Source: Candidatus Parcubacteria bacterium (GTDB lineage Bacteria > Patescibacteriota > Patescibacteriia > UBA1558 > GWA2-36-10). Taken from it: a DNA stretch of 64,000 bases. The DNA lies in contig JABJNO010000018.1 of the NCBI GenBank assembly GCA_018664825.1, positions 22,722 through 86,721 on the forward strand. Direction: 5' to 3'. Each line of letters begins with the position of its first letter. Positions within the stretch are counted from its first letter, which is position 1. A program made the translations under genes and the position numbers. Of this stretch, positions 51,267-59,915 are shown one piece after another. The notes below the pieces were generated by a model that did no database searches, was not told the DNA's origin, and saw nothing but the letters and a program-made list of their open reading frames with translations.

Positions 51267-51295
51267 TTACATACTTTATTATAATACATTTTTAC
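51267..51295 (-). promoter_or_regulatory. Consensus sigma70-type promoter TTGACA-17-TATAAT driving the vWA/AAA+ pair
   Basis: The minus strand reads ttgaca (51290-51295 RC), a 17-nt spacer, then tataat (51267-51272 RC), about 20 nt upstream of the ATG at 51257. Confidence 0.45.
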
Positions 51296-51335
51296 TAAAA
51301 TGTCAAAAAATACCCCGTTTCTACCCCTTTTTTAC

Positions 51336-51962
51336 TTAATTAATGACTGTTATTTGTCCTTTTTCCTTTAATTCTTTGGCTCTATCCAGTAAATCAGCAT
51401 CAACATGTATAATAACCGCCCTCAAATCATCTGGTAAATCAGTCAGCCCAGTACGCCTTATAAACAATTCGTTGACTGTCATCCCCGATGGTAACTCATC
51501 TAGCTTGGTACCAGTCAAACGTAAATCTTCTTTGATCTGTAAATTTTTTGGCAATCTGACAACATCACAATTTTTTAGCTGCAAATTTCCTCCGATTATC
51601 AAATTGTCCGGTAAGGTAGTAAATTTTTTATCATTAAAATGCCTAGGAGCATGAAGCTGTGTTTCCATCTCATCTCTATAGATCATAACTCTAGAACCAA
51701 TCAGCTCTCTTGCCTCTACCTCGTCTTGTGCTTCACCTACTTCTACAAAAAACTGTGCCCAAGAATTTTCTGTTTTGATAACAAAAATATCTTTTTTTAT
51801 TTCTCCTATCTCTACCAATATTGCGTCTTTTAATTTAAACAAACCATCCCTATCTTCTCTTTTGGCAGAAGCTAGGGCAGTCTCCAATTTTTTTATTGTA
51901 ACTCTGGCAATAACAACCCTATCAAATAGTTGCTGACAATTTTTAGGTTTTGTATCTGGCAT
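51336..51962 (-). CDS. Long member (B) of the Cys-motif family with four LRR-like LP repeats and a basic tail; directly abuts the rmuC stop
   Basis: It carries KPKNCQQLFDRVVIARV...AQFFVEVGEA. The repeats are LPDNLIIGGNLQL, LPKNLQIKEDLRL, LPSGMTVNELFI and LPDDLRAVIIHV, ending KELKEKGQITVIN. Confidence 0.5.
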   Translation of the reverse strand: MPDTKPKNCQQLFDRVVIARVTIKKLETALASAKREDRDGLFKLKDAILVEIGEIKKDIFVIKTENSWAQFFVEVGEAQDEVEARELIGSRVMIYRDEMETQLHAPRHFNDKKFTTLPDNLIIGGNLQLKNCDVVRLPKNLQIKEDLRLTGTKLDELPSGMTVNELFIRRTGLTDLPDDLRAVIIHVDADLLDRAKELKEKGQITVIN

Positions 51963-53009
51963 TTATTCTAATCTTGGTTTTTCAACATCCTCCAATTCTA
52001 ACTCTCCGCCCTTGCCACTAATCTTTAAGATATCTTTATCTATTTTCTTAAACTCCTTACTAGAAAAATTATAGGCATTGGCAACTGTACCTAGGTGAGT
52101 ACCTAGTTTTTTATGATACTCAGCATAGGCTAACATGTGTTTTTGTAATTTCTCTACATTTTTACGTATTTCTTTGGCGGATTCTTCTATCTGCAAAGCC
52201 TTGAGCCCTTGTAAGACAGTCTGCAGGTAGGCCGCAAAAGTAGTCGGTGATACAATGATTACTTTTTTCTCATTGAAAGCATAGTCAATCAAAGATCTTG
52301 TGTTTACCTTGACTGCTCCTACTTCGTTTATAAGTAAATCATAATATATCCCCTCAGCCGGAATAAACATAAAAGCAAAATCCAAGGTACCTTCATTTGG
52401 TCTGATATATTTTGCAGTTTCGTCAATACGTTTCTTCAAATCATTTTTAAATTCTTTTTCCAAAACCATTTTTTTGGCTTTATCTTTTTCATCTATAATA
52501 CGACGATAATTTTCTAAAGAAAATTTGGCATCAACTGGTAAAATCTTATCTTTTATTTTAACAATAGCATCAACAGCTTCACCATTTTTGAAATGGTACT
52601 GCATTTCATAATTTTGCGGTGGCAAAATATTTGATAAAATCATTTCTAAGCCTGCCTCACCAAGGTTGCCCCTAGTCTTGGCGTTGGTGAGTACTTTTTC
52701 TAAATTTTGTAGTTGATCTGTAAATCCTACTACCTGCTTGTTTGTTTCCTCCAATTTCAAAAGCTTCTCGGTCATTTCTTTGGAAATACGAGAAGTCTCC
52801 ATAAATTGATCTTGTAGCATCTTGGAAGAGTGTTGGTTGGTTTTGTCTATCTTTTCACCTAGTTGTTGAGTAAGATTATTTATCTGTTGTTGCAACATCA
52901 ACATTGCCTTGTCATCTTTTTTTTCTTCGACAGGAGCCCGTTTTTTCATCAAAAACCAGATTATCGCCCCGACGCCGACTACTATTAAGATTGTATTTAG
53001 ATATTCCAT
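51963..53009 (-). CDS. rmuC: DNA recombination protein RmuC
   Basis: It has an N-terminal TM, a coiled coil, and a C-terminal RmuC nuclease-like domain (FMFIP...VIIVSPTT). Confidence 0.8.
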   Translation of the reverse strand: MEYLNTILIVVGVGAIIWFLMKKRAPVEEKKDDKAMLMLQQQINNLTQQLGEKIDKTNQHSSKMLQDQFMETSRISKEMTEKLLKLEETNKQVVGFTDQLQNLEKVLTNAKTRGNLGEAGLEMILSNILPPQNYEMQYHFKNGEAVDAIVKIKDKILPVDAKFSLENYRRIIDEKDKAKKMVLEKEFKNDLKKRIDETAKYIRPNEGTLDFAFMFIPAEGIYYDLLINEVGAVKVNTRSLIDYAFNEKKVIIVSPTTFAAYLQTVLQGLKALQIEESAKEIRKNVEKLQKHMLAYAEYHKKLGTHLGTVANAYNFSSKEFKKIDKDILKISGKGGELELEDVEKPRLE

Positions 53010-53088
53010 ATATTTATATTATTTGTTCTACTTCTTTAGCTTTATCTTGCAACAAAACACCGGCAATAGTCAAGTTTGTTTTTATAAC

Positions 53089-53571
53089 TTATTTCTTTTT
53101 TGGATTGCTCCCAAACATCCATAAAGGAGTCTGATCAAAAACTTTTTTTGCCTCATCTTCCATGATGCCCTCTATTACTTTTGGTGGTGGAGCAAAATAA
53201 TCTTTAAATTGAGTAATCTCGTCATCCTGGAGAATCGGCCATCTAGAATGCCCTCCCATAAATGGTGACTTGAGAGCATAGACCACTTTGCTTATCCTAT
53301 ACTCACGCATCATAAAGGAACACATAGGACACGGCTCACAGATTGTATACAATACACAACCTGACAAATCTGGACTTTTTAAAAACTTATGCGCCTTATC
53401 AAGGACGAGTATCTCTGCGTGATCCGAAATTTTGTCTCTTGAGCCATTGGCTGACTCAGCTATAATCTGACCGTCTTTGGTGATTATACTAGAAAAAGGA
53501 GCTTGGCCCTGAGCCAGGCCTTGTTTGGCCAGCTCTATACACTTTGCAATATATTTTGTATCTTCTTCCAT
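53089..53571 (-). CDS. CDA-fold zinc deaminase (TadA/GuaD-like)
   Basis: It carries HAEILVL and CEPCPMC zinc-binding motifs. Confidence 0.65.
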   Translation of the reverse strand: MEEDTKYIAKCIELAKQGLAQGQAPFSSIITKDGQIIAESANGSRDKISDHAEILVLDKAHKFLKSPDLSGCVLYTICEPCPMCSFMMREYRISKVVYALKSPFMGGHSRWPILQDDEITQFKDYFAPPPKVIEGIMEDEAKKVFDQTPLWMFGSNPKKK

Positions 53572-53577
53572 ATATTT

Positions 53578-53901
53578 TTATATTTTATCTATCAACTTAC
53601 TAATATCTTCAAAATCTACGTCCATTGATTGTTTGGCTACCTGCTTGGCCAAAAAATTGTCTCCCGACTCAATGATTGTCTCGGCAATTTGCTGGACATT
53701 TATGTCACGAAATTTATCCATATTGTCAGACAACAATTTTGCCTGACCTGTTTTGATGAGCTCTAGGGCTACTTGCTGATGAATAGCTGATTTGACTTCA
53801 TCCAATATCCCAAAATCACCCGTCTGCATGTCCATAATATAATTGAGTACTATACTCTCGGGTGTTAGTTTTGAAAAATGTGTATTTTTATCCTCTTGCA
53901 T
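53578..53901 (-). CDS. Hypothetical protein (107 aa)
   Basis: It is an ORF that overlaps the tatD stop by 1 nt. Confidence 0.35.
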   Translation of the reverse strand: MQEDKNTHFSKLTPESIVLNYIMDMQTGDFGILDEVKSAIHQQVALELIKTGQAKLLSDNMDKFRDINVQQIAETIIESGDNFLAKQVAKQSMDVDFEDISKLIDKI

Positions 53902-54704
53902 TATTTTAGATTAAAAAGCTTGTTTGCATTTTTGGCTGTGATATCTACAATCTCATCCTCTGTCTCGGCTCTCAAGCTTGCGATTTGCTTGGCTACATAT
54001 TGTACATAGCTAGGCTCATTGCGCTTGCCACGAAATGGTACAGGCGCCAAATATGGTGCGTCAGTTTCTATAAGCATTTTATCAAGCGGTATCCATTTGG
54101 CTATTTCTCGCAAAGTTTCTGTCTTGTCAAAAGTAATGATGCCAGTAAAGCCAAGATGAAATCCTAAATCTACAAACTGCTTGGCTTCTTCTAGATTTCC
54201 TCCATAACAATGAATCACTCCTCTATTTACTTTTTCATCTTTGAGGACATTGTATATATCTCTATAGGCATTTGGATCGTCCTTGCCGTTTCGTCCATGG
54301 ACTATCAGGGGTAGATCATTGTCCTTGGCTAGCTTGATGTGATCACGAAATAATTTTTCTTGTTTTTGTTTTACTTCTTCTACTGACTTGTTGTGCTTTT
54401 CTAGAGCTTGCCAGAGATGAAAATAATCAAAGCCGGTTTCACCGACGGCAACTACTTTTTCATTTATCAAGTCTTGAAATTTCTTTGCATCAAATTCTTC
54501 ATCATAGACATGGATAGGGTGCAGACCTATTGAAGCATAAAAATTTTCTTGCTCACTTGCCAAGACGACCGCTCTTTGACTGGTGTCAAAAGCGGCCCCT
54601 ATGTTTATCACTTTCATACCTATCTCGTCGCAACGCTTGATCACGTCCGCCAAATCATCTTTGAAAGCTTTGAAATTTAGATGTGCGTGGGAGTCTATCA
54701 ACAT
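53901..54704 (-). CDS. tatD: TatD-family metal-dependent DNase/hydrolase
   Basis: It reads MLIDSHAHLNF and carries the His/Glu/Asp ladder. Confidence 0.8.
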   Translation of the reverse strand: MLIDSHAHLNFKAFKDDLADVIKRCDEIGMKVINIGAAFDTSQRAVVLASEQENFYASIGLHPIHVYDEEFDAKKFQDLINEKVVAVGETGFDYFHLWQALEKHNKSVEEVKQKQEKLFRDHIKLAKDNDLPLIVHGRNGKDDPNAYRDIYNVLKDEKVNRGVIHCYGGNLEEAKQFVDLGFHLGFTGIITFDKTETLREIAKWIPLDKMLIETDAPYLAPVPFRGKRNEPSYVQYVAKQIASLRAETEDEIVDITAKNANKLFNLK

Positions 54705-54705
54705 A

Positions 54706-55212
54706 CTACAATATAGATCTCAATTCTCTGATTGCCTCAGGAATAAACGGCCTGATAATTACTGACATACTTTCTGCCCAGTTGGCTATCTGGGATTCAA
54801 TCAACATCTCGTTGATCGCTTCACTAATTGGGAACAACGACATCAAATACACAAGTGCAGATACTGCCAAGATACCACCAACTAGTCCAACTATGGATCC
54901 CATTAATTTATTTATCAAATTGATAAATGGGATAATATGGAATACTCGATTTACAACTGAGACGATAATACCAACCGCTATATTGACGGCAACAAATATC
55001 AAGATAAAACCAGCAATGTTGGCCAAGGCCATATTGTCAAAGCCAAGGACAGTCATCAGCCAACCACCAATCTGTTCCATATAATGAGAACCTGCCCAAA
55101 TAGACAGCAAGATTCCAAACAATCCACCAATAGCTCCAACTAGTCCAGAACGGAATCCCTTCCATATAAAGACCAATAAAATTACTAATAACCCAATGTC
55201 AAATAAACTCAT
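54706..55212 (-). CDS. cvpA: CvpA-family membrane protein
   Basis: It has four TM helices, and its size and pattern match CvpA. Confidence 0.5.
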   Translation of the reverse strand: MSLFDIGLLVILLVFIWKGFRSGLVGAIGGLFGILLSIWAGSHYMEQIGGWLMTVLGFDNMALANIAGFILIFVAVNIAVGIIVSVVNRVFHIIPFINLINKLMGSIVGLVGGILAVSALVYLMSLFPISEAINEMLIESQIANWAESMSVIIRPFIPEAIRELRSIL

Positions 55213-55226
55213 TTTTTTATATTATT

Positions 55227-55484
55227 TTATTTAATATTATCTTCCCTGAAGGATATTCGAGAACCATCTCCTATCGTATCCTTAACATGTGCAAATTCAT
55301 CCTTCAATATTTTGAATCTTCTACTAAACTCATCTCTTGCCGCAACAATCAAGTGTAAGTCTCTTGACTCCCCCAGCACGTCAATTTGTTTTGAAATATC
55401 CTCACTTAATCCTCTTGAAATTTCAATATCTATTCTAAGGGTTTTACATATATTCGATTTATAAACTCTCAATTTCATAAGCAA
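55227..55484 (-). CDS. Cys-motif family member (85 aa)
   Basis: It carries SNICKTLRIDIEISRG and IVAARDEF. Confidence 0.45.
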   Translation of the reverse strand: MLMKLRVYKSNICKTLRIDIEISRGLSEDISKQIDVLGESRDLHLIVAARDEFSRRFKILKDEFAHVKDTIGDGSRISFREDNIK

Positions 55485-55513
55485 TAATCAAGTAAACTAA
55501 TTTTTTATACTAT

Positions 55514-55729
55514 TTATTCAAATAAATTATTCGCTTCCATTTCTATAGACTGTGGCAAAATCCCCCTTAGGGTTCTATACTTTATAATCAACTTATCTCT
55601 AGCATCAATAGCCGGTTCAATGTTTCCTGTTTTTTTTGTTTTTTCAACCTCTATTAAAACATCTTCATTCCATTCGCGCAATTTTTCAATCCCCCCTCTC
55701 ATTTCTTTACATATGTGTGATTTAGTCAT
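55514..55729 (-). CDS. Cys-motif family member (71 aa), ATGA-coupled to the metG stop
   Basis: It reads MTKSHICKEMRGGIEKLREW. Its start overlaps the metG stop. Confidence 0.45.
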   Translation of the reverse strand: MTKSHICKEMRGGIEKLREWNEDVLIEVEKTKKTGNIEPAIDARDKLIIKYRTLRGILPQSIEMEANNLFE

Positions 55730-57177
55730 AATCTTGGAAATAATGGTTTTTCTGGTTTGGTTATTTTATCAGCTGACAAAATATTTATTATCTGTTCACT
55801 GGTCTTTGGCATAAAAGATTTCAATGAAATAGCCACCGAATAAAGATCATTTGTTAATTCCTCTAAAATTTCTTTTAACTTATCTTTATTACTTTCATCT
55901 TTGGCTAGTACCCATGGCTTGGTTTCATCAATTAGGCCATTGCCCTTTTTGATAATCTGCCAGATAGTAAGCAGAGCTTCTCTAAAACGTAATTGCTTTA
56001 TTTCTTCGCCACCCAGATCCGCATCTTTGATATTAATATCAACCTTGCCATCCAAATATTTTTCTACCATGTTGGTAACACGATTTACTAGATTACCTAG
56101 ACCATTTACCAAATCTGCATTGTACTTGGTAGCAAACTCCTCTACTTTGATATCAGATTCACTTCCAAAAGAAAACTGAGAAAGAATTAGATATTTAGTC
56201 ACTTCGGCTCCGTATTTTTCTACCAATTCATTTGGACTGATTACGTTGCCCAAAGTCTTTGACATCTTTTGTCCGTCAATAGTAAAAAATCCATGCACGT
56301 ACATACTCTTTGGCAATTCTACATCCATAGCCATCAACATAGCTGGCCATAATAATGTATGAAATTTCAAAATCTCCAAAGCCATCAAGTGTACATCGGC
56401 TGGCCAAAACTTTTTGAAGTTTTCACCATCTGGATAGCCCAAGGCTGTAATATAGTTTGATAGTGCATCCACCCAGACATAAGTCTTTTGATCATCATCC
56501 CAAGGTATATCAATGCCCCAAGATACAGACTTACTGCTACGAGAAATAGAAATATCTGGCATTCCTTGTTTTATCAATCCCAAAACTTCTTTTTTTCTAC
56601 CTTCTGGATATATGATTAGCTCGCCTGATTCTATTTTTTGTTTGATAGCTGGTAAAAAATCACCAAGTTTGAAAAACCAGTTTTTTTCTGAAAGTTTTTC
56701 TGGTTCTTTGTTGTGATCTGGGCATTTACCATCGACCAAGTCATTTTCGGTCATAAACTTTTCACAGCCCACACAATACAAACCTTCATATTCCCCTTCA
56801 TACAACACATCGTTGCCTTGGGGAGTTTTTGCTTCTTTCAAACTCTTTAAAATATCAACAACAGTTTTTTTGTGATCATCATCGGTGGTACGAATAAAAT
56901 AATCATTTTCAATTTCTAGATTTTTCCAAGCCTCTTTAAACAATGTACTTATTTGATCTGTAAACTCCTGAGGGGAAACATTGTTTTTCTCAGCTGCTTC
57001 TGCAATCTTGGCACCATGCTCGTCTGTACCAGTCAAGAAAAATACATTTTCTTTGCCAATTTTGCCACGATAATATCTAGCCAAAACATCAGCTATAATA
57101 GTTGTATAAGCGTGCCCTATATGGGGCTTGTCATTTACATAGTATATTGGTGTTGTTACGTAAAACTTTTCTTTCAT
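55726..57177 (-). CDS. metG: Methionyl-tRNA synthetase (short form)
   Basis: HIGH reads HIGHAYT and KMSKS reads KMSKT. Zn-knuckle cysteines are present. Confidence 0.9.
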   Translation of the reverse strand: MKEKFYVTTPIYYVNDKPHIGHAYTTIIADVLARYYRGKIGKENVFFLTGTDEHGAKIAEAAEKNNVSPQEFTDQISTLFKEAWKNLEIENDYFIRTTDDDHKKTVVDILKSLKEAKTPQGNDVLYEGEYEGLYCVGCEKFMTENDLVDGKCPDHNKEPEKLSEKNWFFKLGDFLPAIKQKIESGELIIYPEGRKKEVLGLIKQGMPDISISRSSKSVSWGIDIPWDDDQKTYVWVDALSNYITALGYPDGENFKKFWPADVHLMALEILKFHTLLWPAMLMAMDVELPKSMYVHGFFTIDGQKMSKTLGNVISPNELVEKYGAEVTKYLILSQFSFGSESDIKVEEFATKYNADLVNGLGNLVNRVTNMVEKYLDGKVDINIKDADLGGEEIKQLRFREALLTIWQIIKKGNGLIDETKPWVLAKDESNKDKLKEILEELTNDLYSVAISLKSFMPKTSEQIINILSADKITKPEKPLFPRL

Positions 57178-57179
57178 AT

Positions 57180-57686
57180 TTATCCTAATTCTTTAAATCT
57201 TTCTTTTAATACTTCCTTTACTCTATCCACGTCTTCATTGTTTACTTCAATCCTTAGTGGAGTTGTTGAACCTTCTTTACCTAGATACAAAAGCTTTTCT
57301 TCTTTTAATCTAGAGTCAGGTTGCTGAGGATTATAAACTCTAATGTTTTCACTAAAGCTCTGATATCCACCAATATTATGTTTCTTTGTTTTATTGTTTT
57401 TCATATCTTTGATTTCAATATCATCACCCATCAAAGAATATCTTTTTTCTTTTACCATCAAAGTCTTGTTTAGAATCAACCAAAAAGCTAATATACCACC
57501 TATATAAGCCATTGCTAAACTAATACCAAATACTTGTTTATTTGTATCTGGATTATCATTGTTTAAATAAACAATATAGTAAACTAATCCACTAAGGTGA
57601 AAAACGGTACCCATTATAACTCTGAGCATTTTACTTCCTTTTTTCCTTTGTTCTGATGGTCTATAAAACCATTGTACTGAACTCAT
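57180..57686 (-). CDS. Membrane protein with two TM helices and a C-terminal bPH-like soluble domain (tentative)
   Basis: This rests on hydrophobic helices and a C-terminal region of about 90 aa. Confidence 0.35.
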   Translation of the reverse strand: MSSVQWFYRPSEQRKKGSKMLRVIMGTVFHLSGLVYYIVYLNNDNPDTNKQVFGISLAMAYIGGILAFWLILNKTLMVKEKRYSLMGDDIEIKDMKNNKTKKHNIGGYQSFSENIRVYNPQQPDSRLKEEKLLYLGKEGSTTPLRIEVNNEDVDRVKEVLKERFKELG

Positions 57687-57690
57687 ATTT

Positions 57691-57903
57691 TTATACTAAA
57701 ATTAATGCATAAATAGCCAAGGCAAATGAAAGTGTAAAAAATACCGCTCCTGTAAAACACTTTGATTTGAAAGGATTCTCGTGCAAACCCACAGAACAAG
57801 TATCACACTTGTTGGCTACTACTTTATAAAATTGATACCAGGCATAGATAGTACCCAAACCTAAAACTACGTTTAATACATACAGTGTATTTTGTAAATC
57901 CAT
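57691..57903 (-). CDS. Small two-helix membrane protein with a CDTC motif
   Basis: It is an ORF with hydrophobic helices. Confidence 0.35.
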   Translation of the reverse strand: MDLQNTLYVLNVVLGLGTIYAWYQFYKVVANKCDTCSVGLHENPFKSKCFTGAVFFTLSFALAIYALILV

Positions 57904-57921
57904 TTTTTTGTTTTTAAATTA

Positions 57922-58191
57922 TTATTCTTCTGTCATTATTTGTGTCTTGGCGACAATGCCATAAAAATCATCGAGTTGTTTGGTGAGCATCTTTATATCT
58001 TTGGCGGTGGCCTCCACTATCAGAGTGACAATACCCGTACAATGCTCTACACAACTACGACTAGGATTGATCCCCATCCGCCCCAAAATGATGTTGCCAT
58101 TTTCAGTCAAAATTTTCTGTACATCTGTGGCGTGAGCGTGTCTATCTTTTATCAAGATAGTAATTGTTGCTAATTGTTTTTTTCCTGTCAT
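57922..58191 (-). CDS. TM1266-like small ACT-fold regulator (putative iron-only-hydrogenase-system-regulator family)
   Basis: The pattern ITILIKDR...V.KILTENGNIILGRMGI......IVTLIVEA...I..LT.QL....GI.AK matches that family as I recall it. Confidence 0.45.
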   Translation of the reverse strand: MTGKKQLATITILIKDRHAHATDVQKILTENGNIILGRMGINPSRSCVEHCTGIVTLIVEATAKDIKMLTKQLDDFYGIVAKTQIMTEE

Positions 58192-58195
58192 ATGT

Positions 58196-58864
58196 TTATT
58201 TATTTACTACTACTACAAATTCTCCTTTTTGTTGATCTTTATTTTGCTCTAGTGTTTCCAATATCTCTTTGGCAGTACCACGATATATTGTTTCAAACTT
58301 TTTGGTGAGCTCTCTACCTACTATCAAATGCTTGTCACAATCAGATAGTTGATTCAAAGTTTTCATAATCCTATGAACTGATTCAAAAAATATTATTGGC
58401 ACCTTGGATTCTTTTATCTGACCTATGATGGTCTGTCTACCTTTTTTGTGTGGTAAAAATCCCAAAAAAGAAAACTTATCAAGTGGAATGCCAGCTACAG
58501 AAAGTATCGCAGCTACTGTACTAGTCCCTGGGATTGGGATGATTTCAATATCTGGGAAGTCCGCCAAAGCCAACTCAATCAATTTGCCACCAGGATCAGA
58601 AAATCCAGGTGTACCAGCATCAGTAATCAGGGCAATATTTTTGTCCTCTTTTATAAATTTGGCGACCTTGTTCCAATCAGAATCTTTGCTGTGTTGATGC
58701 CAGGCAACCATCTTGGTCTTTATTTCATAATGACTCAAAAGTTTTACGCTGACTCTTTTGTCCTCTGCCAAAACAATGTCTACATTTTTCAAAGTATCCA
58801 AAGCTCGGAAGGTCATGTCTTCCAAATTTCCAATCGGCGTTGCAACTATAAAAATTTTTGACAT
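58196..58864 (-). CDS. rsmI: 16S rRNA (cytidine1402-2'-O)-methyltransferase RsmI
   Basis: It reads IVATPIGNLEDMTFRA...LAEDKR and has the tetrapyrrole-methylase fold signature. Confidence 0.8.
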   Translation of the reverse strand: MSKIFIVATPIGNLEDMTFRALDTLKNVDIVLAEDKRVSVKLLSHYEIKTKMVAWHQHSKDSDWNKVAKFIKEDKNIALITDAGTPGFSDPGGKLIELALADFPDIEIIPIPGTSTVAAILSVAGIPLDKFSFLGFLPHKKGRQTIIGQIKESKVPIIFFESVHRIMKTLNQLSDCDKHLIVGRELTKKFETIYRGTAKEILETLEQNKDQQKGEFVVVVNK

Positions 58865-59904
58865 TAGTCTTCTAATCTATTATCTCTTTTAGCTTTTGAA
58901 CCTAGTACACTTTCAAAATATACCGCAATGGCGATAGCCACTGGCACGGCCAGTAATGCTCCTACAATACCACCAATACGAGCACCCATCAAAATAGCGA
59001 GGATGACTACTAGTGGATTGAGGCCCGTGGTTTTACCCATGACCTTTGGTACAATCAGATTATTTTCTATCTGCTGAACTACAAAATACAGTATTGCCAC
59101 CCAAATAGCTAGGGCTGGACTTTGAGAAAAGGCAAAGAAAACACCAGGGATAGCAGAAATCCAAGGACCAAGAAAAGGCACAATCTCAAATATACCCGCC
59201 ACCAGTGCCAAAATCAAAGCATATTCTACTCCCAGAGCCGACAAGCCAATATACACCATCAAAAATACAATCACCGACAATATCAACTGACCGCGTAGCC
59301 AATAGCCCATCCTGTGTTGGATATCACTAATAAGCTTGGCGGTATAAGGTCTATGTTTACTCGGCACTATACTTTGGATAAATTTTTTCATACCCTCTTC
59401 TTCGACGGTCAAATAAAAAGTAATCACCAATACCATAAAGAAACTAATCACTCCACCAAATATAGAAGTAAGTAGATTGAATATACTGCTACCGGCTTGA
59501 GAAAGCCCCTTGGTGATATCACCAATATTTGTACTGACAGTCTCTGGTACAGCAGAGGTATCGATACTCTGCAGTCTCTGCATACCTTCTGTTATTTTTA
59601 CATAATACTCAGGGAAAGCCCTAGACATATCTTTGACCTGATCCCCAATTGGATCAATGAGCAAAAATATTGCTCCACCAATGATAGCCAAAAATACAAC
59701 ATAGACTCCAACAATACTCAAGGCTCGTGGAATCTTTCTGAGTTGTAGCCAATCAATAAGCGGATCAAAGGCAGATGACAAGATGATAGCTACAAAAAAT
59801 AAAGCTAGTACATCTTTTATTAGATATAAGAATCCCAAAACTAGTAGGATTAATATTACTCTGACAATTGTGTCAGTAGAAATTGAAACTGATCTAGATG
59901 ACAT
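58864..59904 (-). CDS. AI-2E family (PerM/YhhT-like) transporter
   Basis: It has eight TM helices and the AI-2E pattern. Confidence 0.75.
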   Translation of the reverse strand: MSSRSVSISTDTIVRVILILLVLGFLYLIKDVLALFFVAIILSSAFDPLIDWLQLRKIPRALSIVGVYVVFLAIIGGAIFLLIDPIGDQVKDMSRAFPEYYVKITEGMQRLQSIDTSAVPETVSTNIGDITKGLSQAGSSIFNLLTSIFGGVISFFMVLVITFYLTVEEEGMKKFIQSIVPSKHRPYTAKLISDIQHRMGYWLRGQLILSVIVFLMVYIGLSALGVEYALILALVAGIFEIVPFLGPWISAIPGVFFAFSQSPALAIWVAILYFVVQQIENNLIVPKVMGKTTGLNPLVVILAILMGARIGGIVGALLAVPVAIAIAVYFESVLGSKAKRDNRLED

Positions 59905-59915
59905 AATTTTTTATT

